64,000 nt of DNA from an uncultured Actinomycetota bacterium (GTDB taxonomy: Bacteria > Actinomycetota > Actinomycetes > Mycobacteriales > Pseudonocardiaceae). Of this stretch, positions 31,979 to 40,018 are shown piece after piece. Below the pieces are notes generated by a model. The model searched no databases. It saw only the letters and a program-made list of their open reading frames with translations, and had not been told where the DNA came from. A program made the position numbers and the translations under genes. How positions within the stretch are numbered: position 1 is the stretch's first letter; the number at the start of each line of letters is the position of its first letter. Where the stretch lies: positions 228,171 through 292,170 of the forward strand of contig CAWJCX010000043.1 of the NCBI GenBank assembly GCA_963841395.1, written 5' to 3'.

Positions 31979-33291
31979 GCGCCTGCACCGTGTTCGTCGG
32001 GCCGACGCTGCCGCGCACCCGGGTCGCCGAGCTCCTGCCCGAGGCGCGGATCCGGCCACCGGTGCGCCACGGCGACCTGCTGCGGCTCGACGCCGGCCGC
32101 GGTGACACCGTCCTGATCATCGACGGGCTGTTCCTCCAGACCGCCTCGGTCCGCCACCGCGAGATCCTCTACCTGCTCGACCGCGGCGTCACGGTGGCCG
32201 GCAGCTCCAGCATGGGGGCGTTGCGCGCGGCGGAGCTGTGGCAGTACGGCATGCGCGGGTACGGGGAGGTGTTCCGGCTCTACCGCGACGGGGAGATCGA
32301 CGGCGACGACGAGGTGGCCATCGTGCACGGCACCGCCGAGGACGGCTACCGCGCCTACAGCGACCCGGCGGTCAGCATCCGCGTCGCGCTGCGGGACGCG
32401 ACCGCCGCCGGAGTGCTCGACCCTGGCGAGGCCGAGCAGCTGCTCGCCGACGTCATCGCCACGCCGTTCCGGTCGCGCAGCTTCCGGGCCCTGGAGCGGC
32501 GCATGCCGGCGGAGACCGCGCGACGGTTCCTGGCCTGGCGCTCGGCGCACGACACCGACGTGAAGGCGGCCGACGCCCGGGTGTTGCTGGCCGCGACCGC
32601 CGCCGGCCTTCTCCCGGCAGACCCTCGGGACGAGCCGGCCCACAACGTGCACACCTGGGTCTTCGACACCTGGGAGCACCAGTACCACGGCGGTTCCGGT
32701 CCCGATGTCGACGAGGATGTCGACGAGTGGGTGTCCGACGCCGACGCCGACACCGCGATCCGCCTGTTCCACCCGGGCTTCCGGGACAGCTACCGCCACC
32801 ACGTCCTGTCCAGGATCGCCGGGCTGTCCCCGGACCACCCCGCGGTCGTCGACCGCGCGCTCGCGGTCGCCCGGGCCAGGGGACTGCACACCGGGGCGCC
32901 CGGTGGCTGGCTCACCGCACGCGACCTCGCCGCGCCGCCGGAAGAGGCGCTGGCCCGCCTGCTCGTGCGGGCCTTCGGCCGCGCGCACCACTGGCCCCCG
33001 ACCAGGTGGGACCTGCCGCCGTCGCTGCGGACCGAGCGGGCAATGGCCGCCGGTCGCGCCCTCGTCCTAGCGGCGCGTCGCCACGCGGGACCGCCGGCCG
33101 ACGCCGCCGAGGAGACCGACCGCGCGCTCGCCGCCGCCTGGGGCTGCGACCCTGGCGAGCTGGAGGCGCAGGCCTGGGACCGCGGGATCCCCGACCTGGC
33201 CACGTTGCGCCGGATCGCCGCGCAGTTCGTCCGCTACGTGCGGGCCGAGGAGACCATCACCGCCATGAGGGCGGTCATGAGCGTCGTCTGA
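31975..33291 (+). CDS. tfuA: TfuA-like protein with C-terminal extension
   Basis: VFVGPTL, PPVRHGDL, IIDGLF, HREIL, SSMGALRAAEL, DDEVA, DVKAADA; ATGA overlap with ycaO. Confidence 0.88.
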   Translation: MSACTVFVGPTLPRTRVAELLPEARIRPPVRHGDLLRLDAGRGDTVLIIDGLFLQTASVRHREILYLLDRGVTVAGSSSMGALRAAELWQYGMRGYGEVFRLYRDGEIDGDDEVAIVHGTAEDGYRAYSDPAVSIRVALRDATAAGVLDPGEAEQLLADVIATPFRSRSFRALERRMPAETARRFLAWRSAHDTDVKAADARVLLAATAAGLLPADPRDEPAHNVHTWVFDTWEHQYHGGSGPDVDEDVDEWVSDADADTAIRLFHPGFRDSYRHHVLSRIAGLSPDHPAVVDRALAVARARGLHTGAPGGWLTARDLAAPPEEALARLLVRAFGRAHHWPPTRWDLPPSLRTERAMAAGRALVLAARRHAGPPADAAEETDRALAAAWGCDPGELEAQAWDRGIPDLATLRRIAAQFVRYVRAEETITAMRAVMSVV

Positions 33292-34127
33292 TACGCCTTG
33301 CGGAAGCGCTCGGTCGACGTCGCCGACGGGCCGGGCAGCAGCCGGCTCGCCGCACCCGGGATCGCCCCGGACGCGTCCTGGACCTCGGCGAGCATCCGGA
33401 TGGCCGCGGCCCCCGACGGCGTGGCGGCCGGGTCCAGGCCGAGGCAGAACTGCGCGAGCAGGAACTTGGCCACGTTGTCCCACTCGTCGAGCCGGACGTA
33501 GTGCGCGGTCAGCTCCACCACCAGCCGCCGCACCCGATCGACCTCGGCGTCGTCCAGGTCCGGGGCCCGCAGGCCGAAGTCGCTGAGGTAGAAGACGGTG
33601 TGCGCGATCGTGCACGCGTCGGCGTCGGTCACCGGCAGCGCCGTGCTCCGCCCGGCGAGCAGGCTCGCCGCGTACAGCTCGCGGTAGTCCCCGGCACAGT
33701 GCGCGGTCCCGGCCAGCTCCGCGTAGTAGGCGATCTCCAGGCGCAGGTAGGGCGACCCGGCGGCGGGGGAGAGGTAGCCGTCCTCGGTGAGCCCGGCGAG
33801 CACCGCGCGGCTCCGCTCGGCTGGCGCCGGCGCCAGGCCGCAGTACATGAGGCTGAACTGCCGGGCGTAGCGCCGGTCGGTGCCGATGACCGCAGGCAGG
33901 TCGGGCCGCGGCCACACGCGCCGGACGAGCGCGCCGACCTCGGCGGCGCCCGGGTCGTCCGGCCGGACCCGGTGCCAGCAGCGCAACAGCCCCGCCAGCT
34001 GGATGAACGCCTTCGCCCGGGGTACCGCGGGCAGCTCGGCCCGCCCCGCCGGGGAGTCGAGGTAACCGGCGTGGTTGCGCACCCAGCCGCAGCTGCCCGC
34101 GCGGAGCCGCTGGAGGTCAGTGGACAC
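33234..34127 (-). CDS. DUF6895-like helical protein, paralog B
   Basis: KAFIQLA, SPYLRLEIAYY, CTIAHTVFYLSDFG, WDNVAKFLL, FRKAYQTTL; clearly homologous to 22671-23600. Confidence 0.7.
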   Translation of the reverse strand: MSTDLQRLRAGSCGWVRNHAGYLDSPAGRAELPAVPRAKAFIQLAGLLRCWHRVRPDDPGAAEVGALVRRVWPRPDLPAVIGTDRRYARQFSLMYCGLAPAPAERSRAVLAGLTEDGYLSPAAGSPYLRLEIAYYAELAGTAHCAGDYRELYAASLLAGRSTALPVTDADACTIAHTVFYLSDFGLRAPDLDDAEVDRVRRLVVELTAHYVRLDEWDNVAKFLLAQFCLGLDPAATPSGAAAIRMLAEVQDASGAIPGAASRLLPGPSATSTERFRKAYQTTLMTALMAVMVSSART

Positions 34128-35922
34128 CGGTACCTCCCGGGAGGGCGGTCGCCGCGGCCATCTCCCGGGCGTAGGCGTAGGTGAGCGGCGGCAGCTCGTA
34201 GCGGACCGCGTGGGCGAGCATCTCGGTGCCCGGCACTGTGACGAGGCTGGCCTCGAGCAGGATCTCGAGGATCCGCACCGCCGTGTGCTCGTCGGTGTCG
34301 AGGACGGTGACCGCCTCGGTCAGCGTGAACACCGCCGCGGGCAGCCCGCCCAGCCGGGCTATCCCGGTGCGTGCGGGCGACGGCAGCTCGCTGATCGCCT
34401 CGGCCAGCCGCAACCGGACGGTCGTGTCGCTCGCGCTCAGCTCGTCGAGCAGGGACGGGATGTCGGTCATCCGCTCGGCGTACTCGCGCAGCGGCACGTG
34501 GTGCAGCAGCGCCAGCCGCTCGGCCACCAGGCGCAAACCCAGCGGCAGCAATCCGGTCGCCCGGACGATGCGCTCGGCCGACGTCGCGTCCGCGGCGACC
34601 CGGTCGAGGCCGATCGTCTGCCCGAGGAACTCGAGCGCCGCGGCGACCGTGAGCGGTGGGACCGCCAGCCGGCAGGCACCTTCCAGGCCGGCGAGCCGGG
34701 ACCGCGCGGTGATGACCACGACGCTGTCGCCGGACTCCGGCAGCAGCGGCCGGACGTCGGACTCGCGCCGCGCGTCGTCCAGGACGACCAGGGCGCGGTG
34801 CTGTGCCAGCCATTCCTGCCAGCTCGCCAGCCGGTCCTCCCGCCGCCCGGGCGGCACCGGGGCAGGCGGCACGACCTCCGCGACGACCTGCTCGAGCGGG
34901 CGTGGCCGCCCCTCGGCGCCGTGCAGCCGGACGAAGAAGCGGCCGCCGGGGAAGCGGTCGCCGAGCTGGTGCGCGGTGTGGACCGCGAGCGCCGTCTTGC
35001 CCGCACCCAACGGACCGTGCACGACGACCAGCCGGTGCCGCCCGTGGCCGACGGCGTCGGTCAGCTGCCGGGTGACCTCGACGCGCCCGGCGAAGTTCGG
35101 CGGTTCCCAGGGCAGCCGGCACGGCGGCCGCAGCGCCGACCGGATCGCGGGAACCTCGCCGCGCAGCACCGAACGGTAGAACTCCTCGAGCGCGTAGCTC
35201 GGCGACAGCCCGAGCTCACGGGCCAGCGAGCGGCGCAGCTCGTCGTAGACCGCCAGGGCCTCTGTCGGTCGGCCGGCCTGGCACAGCGCGGTCATCTGCA
35301 GGATGCGCAGCCGCTCCCGCAGCGCGTGGTGCTGGGCGACCTCGGTGAGCCGCTCCACCACGCTCGCCCCGCGACCCGTCTCGATCTCGGTCTCGGCCCA
35401 GTCCTCCACGGCGGCGAGGAACTGCCGGTCCAACCGCTCCGCGGCGGCGGCGAGCAGCGGCACGTCCCGCATGCCGTCGAGCGCCCGGCCCCGCCACAGG
35501 GTGAGCGCGCCCGCCAGCGCCTCGGCCGCGGCCGAGGCCGACTCGACCTGGCGCAGCCGGCCGGCGTCGCGCACCAGCTGCTCGAAGCGCAGGGCGTCCA
35601 GCGCGGCCGGGTCGAGGTGCAGCACGTACCCGCCGTTCTGGTGACTGATCCGGGGACCTTGTGCCGCACGGGTCATCCCGCGCAGGGTCGACAGGTAGAC
35701 CTGGATGTTCTTGCGCGCCGTCCGTGGTGGGGAGCCGAGCCAGAGCGCCTCGGTCAGCGCGTCGACCGAGACCAGGGAGTTCGCGTTGCACAGCAGGGCG
35801 GCGAGCACGACCTGTTGCTTGCGCGGTCCGGCGTCCACGGAGTTGCCGTGCGCTTCGACCCGCATGGGTCCGAGGATCCGGAAACGTAGACCTGGCTGGC
35901 TGCCCGTGTACTGGCCGACCAC
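34117..35922 (-). CDS. SARP/AfsR-family regulator (wHTH-BTAD-NB-ARC, no TPR tail)
   Basis: FRILGPM, LWRGRAL, ELGLSPS, GPLGAGKT, VVLDDA, GLLPLGL. Confidence 0.9.
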   Translation of the reverse strand: MVGQYTGSQPGLRFRILGPMRVEAHGNSVDAGPRKQQVVLAALLCNANSLVSVDALTEALWLGSPPRTARKNIQVYLSTLRGMTRAAQGPRISHQNGGYVLHLDPAALDALRFEQLVRDAGRLRQVESASAAAEALAGALTLWRGRALDGMRDVPLLAAAAERLDRQFLAAVEDWAETEIETGRGASVVERLTEVAQHHALRERLRILQMTALCQAGRPTEALAVYDELRRSLARELGLSPSYALEEFYRSVLRGEVPAIRSALRPPCRLPWEPPNFAGRVEVTRQLTDAVGHGRHRLVVVHGPLGAGKTALAVHTAHQLGDRFPGGRFFVRLHGAEGRPRPLEQVVAEVVPPAPVPPGRREDRLASWQEWLAQHRALVVLDDARRESDVRPLLPESGDSVVVITARSRLAGLEGACRLAVPPLTVAAALEFLGQTIGLDRVAADATSAERIVRATGLLPLGLRLVAERLALLHHVPLREYAERMTDIPSLLDELSASDTTVRLRLAEAISELPSPARTGIARLGGLPAAVFTLTEAVTVLDTDEHTAVRILEILLEASLVTVPGTEMLAHAVRYELPPLTYAYAREMAAATALPGGTGVH

Positions 35923-35923
35923 G

Positions 35924-36112
35924 CTAGGCGAGTTTGACGTCGACGTGCCCCTCGACCTCGGGATCGGACACAGCGTCCAGCCGCCGCTTCACCGAGTTGA
36001 GCACCGCAACCTCGTCCGCGGTGAGCCGCGCGAGCACCCCGCGCTGTTCCGAGGAGAGCAGATCGACCGGATTCCCCGCCGCACGCAGCGCGGAAAGCGC
36101 GTCGAAATTCAT
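35924..36112 (-). CDS. Small RiPP-associated protein resembling the 'aroma-sacti cluster domain' (62 aa)
   Basis: MNFDALSALRAAGNPVDLLS.EQR.VL..L..DEV.VLNSVK.RLD....EVEGH; AAGGAG RBS; family label recalled. Confidence 0.75.
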   Translation of the reverse strand: MNFDALSALRAAGNPVDLLSSEQRGVLARLTADEVAVLNSVKRRLDAVSDPEVEGHVDVKLA

Positions 36113-36302
36113 GTTGGGCTCCTTTGTCGTCAGGCCGAGCGCCCCAGGAATCAGATACCCACCAGACATCGACGTCGAGTGCGAGTTTGCCCAACTCGCA
36201 GCTAACGCCGGACAAGCTTCTCTCCGCGGTATCTGCCCAGTCAATCGGCCGAATGGCCGGACCCGTGACGCGCCAATGGCTCCGCGCGCGGGACCAACAT
36301 CA

Positions 36303-36530
36303 TTACCGGGCTGCACCATTTGTCGCCCACGTAATTGGTGAACAATTGACGATCGCTTTCGGTTGGTCGGCCGGTGCCGTGGGCTCCGCCGGCATCTCGG
36401 CGCGGTCTTCGGCCTCCCCGAGCTCCTCCTCGACGGTGGCGTCGACCCGCGACGAGCGCCGGTCGCCGCGTTGCGATGCCTTCTCAGCGTCCTGCAACAC
36501 GGTGAACGTCACGACCATCTCTTGGACCAT
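36303..36530 (-). CDS. Small acidic peptide, possible second precursor (75 aa)
   Basis: GGGAGGG RBS just upstream of ATG; acidic middle and C-terminal AIVNCSPITWATNGAAR. Confidence 0.5.
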   Translation of the reverse strand: MVQEMVVTFTVLQDAEKASQRGDRRSSRVDATVEEELGEAEDRAEMPAEPTAPADQPKAIVNCSPITWATNGAAR

Positions 36531-36756
36531 TTGCCCTCCCCGGCCGTACCAGTCGATTCCCCCCGAGCCCGACTATTCGGACGAGTCGCGCAGCCGCAAT
36601 TGTCAGAAATGGCCGTGTTCTGTGGTTCCAACCGAAATTGAATTGCCACAACGTGCACTGGGCGGTTCGGACGCACCTGGTTGGGCAATTCGGTGCTGGT
36701 TGCCGTGGCTGCCTGAGGGTAATTTCCTCCTGAGGCGACAAATCCGGAGGTCAATC

Positions 36757-37101
36757 TTGAGAATTCGAAGACCATGGGCCGCGGCGTCGGCCATTGTGGC
36801 TGCGGCCGCTGCCACGGTCATCGCGCCGGCCGCGGCGTCGGCGACGACTCTGCAGGTGAGCGCCACGTGCGAGTCCGGTGCATCCCAGTACTTCTGCTCG
36901 AAAGTCATCACCGGCGGCACCGCGCCGTACACCGTGAAGTGGAAGCCCATCGCGAACGCCTACCCGATCCCACCAAGCGCGTTCCACGGAACCTGCACCA
37001 GCCCCGGGGTCGTGCAGGTGTTGGTGAAAGTCGTGGACGCGACGGGCGCCGTCGCCAAGGACACCGGAACTGTTGCCTGCAACGCCGGGCCATGGCCGTG
37101 A
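36757..37101 (+). CDS. Small secreted protein with four Cys
   Basis: GGAGG then TTG; basic N-terminus, hydrophobic stretch and ASA cleavage site; ends CNAGPWP. Confidence 0.7.
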   Translation: MRIRRPWAAASAIVAAAAATVIAPAAASATTLQVSATCESGASQYFCSKVITGGTAPYTVKWKPIANAYPIPPSAFHGTCTSPGVVQVLVKVVDATGAVAKDTGTVACNAGPWP

Positions 37102-37133
37102 CAGAGCCGGCTTGTCCGATTTTCGGTCGGTGA

Positions 37134-37173
37134 AATGAAGGGGTGGGACCGCATGCGGTCCCACCCCTTCATT
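37134..37173. terminator. Perfect 40-bp palindrome, likely bidirectional terminator
   Basis: aatgaaggggtgggaccgca|tgcggtcccaccccttcatt between convergent genes. Confidence 0.85.
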
Positions 37174-37178
37174 GTCGT

Positions 37179-39361
37179 CGGTCAGGTGAGTTTGGTGAAG
37201 TTGTCGAAGCCGGTGCCGATCTGGATGCCGACGCCGGCGAAGGGGAGTCCGCCGGGGTTGCTGGCGCGGTTGTTGGGGTAGTAGTACAGCGTTCCGTCGG
37301 GCTTGCGGGCGAAGAGGTCGGCGCTGCCGTCACCGGAGAGGTCGGCGGCGTTGATGATGTCGAAGTTGTTGAAGCTGCTGGCGATCTGCGTGCCGCTCCC
37401 GACGAAGGGCAGGCCGCCGGGGTTGCTGGAGCGGTTGTTCGGGTAGTACCAGAGGCTGCCGTCCGGCTTGCGTGCCAGCAGGTCCGCGCTGCCGTCGCCG
37501 GAGATGTCGGCGCCGTCGATCCAGTCGAACCCGCCCCACCCGGTGCCGATCTGGGTGCCGGAGCCGTTGATCGGGTCACCGTCGGCGGTGCCGTCGTTGC
37601 GGTAGTACCACAGCGAACCGTCTGGCTTGCGTGCCAAAAGGTCCGCCCTGCCGTCACCGTCGATGTCGGCGGCGTCGACACGGTCGAAGGCGTTGAAGCC
37701 GGTGCCGATCTGGGTTCCGCTGCCCGCGAAGGGCAGGCCGCCCGGGTTGGAGCCACGGTTGTTCGGGTAGTACCAGAGCGTGCCGTCCGGCTTGCGGGCG
37801 TAGAGGTCCGCGCTGCCGTCGCCGGAGATGTCGGCGCCGTCGATCCAGTCGAACCCACCCCACCCGGTACCGATCTGGGCGCCCGACCCGTTGATCGGGT
37901 CGCCGTCGGCGGTGCCGTCGTTGCGGTAGTACCAGAGCGTGCCGTCCGCCTTGCCACCCAGTAGATCCGCGGCACCGTCACCATCGATGTCCGAACCGTC
38001 GCCGTGGTGGTGGGCCGCGGGCGCGGCCTCCGCCATGAGTTGCCGCGCCTTCGTCTCAGCGTCGCGGTACCGCAGCGGGCAGCACGAGTTCTGGACGTCG
38101 TCCGCGACCTGCCAGGCCGCGAACTCGGGATGTTCCCCCGCGCTGTTGATCGCTCTGCTGAAGAACTGGGTAGCGGCGTAGTCGACGTTCATGATCTGTT
38201 CGGGAGTGCCCCACCCCTGAGAAGGCCGCTGCTGGAACACGCCGAGCGAGTCCCGGTCCCCGCAGCTCAGGTTGTTCATGTGGGACTCGACCCACCCGGT
38301 CTCGAAGCCCGCGAGCATCACCTTGTCGGAGACGTGCAGGCGCTCGCCGACCCGGTACACGATGTTGATCACATTCGGGTCATGCTGTGCCGGAGGGTTG
38401 CACGATACTTTCAGGTCGTCCCGGGTCGGTGCGTCACCTGGCCGGGCGGCGGCTGGTCCCGCGGCGAGAACTCCGCCCGCGAGCGCGCCGGCGAGAAGGC
38501 TCGCCACGATTGCGATTGTGCGCATGGTGTTCTGTTCCTCGCGATGCCGGTCAGGTGAGTTTGGTGAAGTTGTCGAAGCCGGTGCCGATCTGGATGCCGA
38601 CGCCGGCGAAGGGGAGTCCGCCGGGGTTGCTGGCGCGGTTGTTGGGGTAGTAGTAGAGCGACCCGTCGGGCTTGCGGGCGAAGAGGTCGGCGCTGCCGTC
38701 ACCGGAGAGGTCGGCGGCGTTGATGATGTCGAAGTTGTTGAAGCTGCTGGCGATCTGGCTTCCGCTGCCGACGAAGGGCAGGCCGCCGGGGTTGCTGGAG
38801 CGGTTGTTCGGGTAGTACCAGAGCGTGCCGTCCGGCTTGCGTGCCAGCAGGTCCGCGCTGCCGTCGCCGGAGATGTCGGCGCCGTCGATCCAGTCGAATG
38901 CGCCGAAGCCGGTGCCGATCTGGGTGCCGGAGCCGTTGATCGGGTCGCCGTCTGCGGTGCCGTCGTTGCGGTAGTACCACAGCGAACCGTCTGGCTTGCG
39001 TGCCAGCAGGTCCGCCCTGCCGTCACCGTCGATGTCCGCGGCGTCGAGGCGGTTGAAGGCGTTGAAGCCGGTCCCGATCTGGGTTCCGCTGCCGACGAAG
39101 GGGAGTCCGCCGGGGTTGGAGCCACGGTTGTTCGGGTAGTACCACAGGGTTCCGTCTGGCTTGCGGGCGTAGAGGTCCGCGCTGCCGTCGCCGGAGATGT
39201 CGGCGCCATCGACCCAGTCGAACCCACCCCACCCGGAGCCGACCTGCGTGCCGGTCCCGTTGAACGGGTCACCGTCGGCGGTGCCGTCGTTCATGTAGTA
39301 CAGGAGCGAGCCGTCCGCCTTGAGGCCCAGCAGGTCCGCCTCGCTGTCACCGTTGATGTCC
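37179..39361. repeat. Near-identical direct repeat of ~0.8 kb (37179-37992 and 38548-39361) with an internal 324-bp period
   Basis: Both copies begin cggtcaggtgagtttggtgaagttgtcgaagccggtg (offset 1369); shadow ORFs recur at 324-bp spacing. Confidence 0.9.
37182..38525 (-). CDS. Secreted protein: putative peptidoglycan-hydrolase-like domain plus FG-GAP/VCBS repeats
   Basis: Signal peptide; ETGWVES..NL..GDRDSLGVFQQRPSQGWG; repeated ADI(S/D)GDG.ADL.ARK.DG.L.YY. Confidence 0.85.
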   Translation of the reverse strand: MRTIAIVASLLAGALAGGVLAAGPAAARPGDAPTRDDLKVSCNPPAQHDPNVINIVYRVGERLHVSDKVMLAGFETGWVESHMNNLSCGDRDSLGVFQQRPSQGWGTPEQIMNVDYAATQFFSRAINSAGEHPEFAAWQVADDVQNSCCPLRYRDAETKARQLMAEAAPAAHHHGDGSDIDGDGAADLLGGKADGTLWYYRNDGTADGDPINGSGAQIGTGWGGFDWIDGADISGDGSADLYARKPDGTLWYYPNNRGSNPGGLPFAGSGTQIGTGFNAFDRVDAADIDGDGRADLLARKPDGSLWYYRNDGTADGDPINGSGTQIGTGWGGFDWIDGADISGDGSADLLARKPDGSLWYYPNNRSSNPGGLPFVGSGTQIASSFNNFDIINAADLSGDGSADLFARKPDGTLYYYPNNRASNPGGLPFAGVGIQIGTGFDNFTKLT

Positions 39362-39930
39362 GTGCCATCCGGAGCGTGGGTCGGTCCGGTGTTCTCGACG
39401 ATCTTGTCGTACCGGATCGGCGTGTAGATCGAGGCGGTCGCCTGGCTCCAGGTCCGCTCGATGGTCGGGGCGCCGTTCGGGCCGGCCTGCTCGCGGACTC
39501 GCGGCTTGGTCTTCGTCGTGTCCGACCAGCCGATGAACATCGCGACGTGGCTGCCCGCGTCCAGTAACGCGTCACCGGGCCGCAGGTCCGCCCTGGCGAT
39601 AGTGTGCGACACCTGGTCGAGGGTGTCCGTCGTGTAGGAGATCCGCAGGCCCCAGATCATCGACAGGTACCCGGAACAGTCCGTGCGGTACTTGCCGTAC
39701 TGGTTCTCGTGGCAGTTCGACTGGCTGTACGGGACCCGCTCCTGCACCCACGTCGACGACCGGGCGAGGGCGGCGGTCCGCGTCATGGACTGGTTCGCGG
39801 CGTAGGTGTCGCAGTTGAACATGATGTGCACGTCGCCGGGCGACTGTTCCTGCGCCACCGCGGGAGTGGACAGCATCGCGGTGGCCGCGGCGGTGACGGC
39901 GGCACCCACCACAAGTCTTCGAATGATCAC
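38551..39930 (-). CDS. Secreted NlpC/P60-like protein plus FG-GAP/VCBS repeats
   Basis: VPYSQ..YRTDCSGYLSMIW, LRPGDALL..SHVAMF; same repeat tail as 37182-38525. Confidence 0.85.
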   Translation of the reverse strand: MIIRRLVVGAAVTAAATAMLSTPAVAQEQSPGDVHIMFNCDTYAANQSMTRTAALARSSTWVQERVPYSQSNCHENQYGKYRTDCSGYLSMIWGLRISYTTDTLDQVSHTIARADLRPGDALLDAGSHVAMFIGWSDTTKTKPRVREQAGPNGAPTIERTWSQATASIYTPIRYDKIVENTGPTHAPDGTDINGDSEADLLGLKADGSLLYYMNDGTADGDPFNGTGTQVGSGWGGFDWVDGADISGDGSADLYARKPDGTLWYYPNNRGSNPGGLPFVGSGTQIGTGFNAFNRLDAADIDGDGRADLLARKPDGSLWYYRNDGTADGDPINGSGTQIGTGFGAFDWIDGADISGDGSADLLARKPDGTLWYYPNNRSSNPGGLPFVGSGSQIASSFNNFDIINAADLSGDGSADLFARKPDGSLYYYPNNRASNPGGLPFAGVGIQIGTGFDNFTKLT

Positions 39931-40018
39931 TTTTCGGCTCTTTCCTCACTGGGACCTGGCAGCGAACAGGCTGCAGGGGCGGGCTGAAGAACTTCTGAAA
40001 GTCGCCCGCGAGGAAGTT

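Noticed and set aside
37179-39361. Periodic repeats as a CRISPR array or mobile element
   Set aside because: They are in-frame FG-GAP coding repeats without unique spacers; no cas or transposase genes
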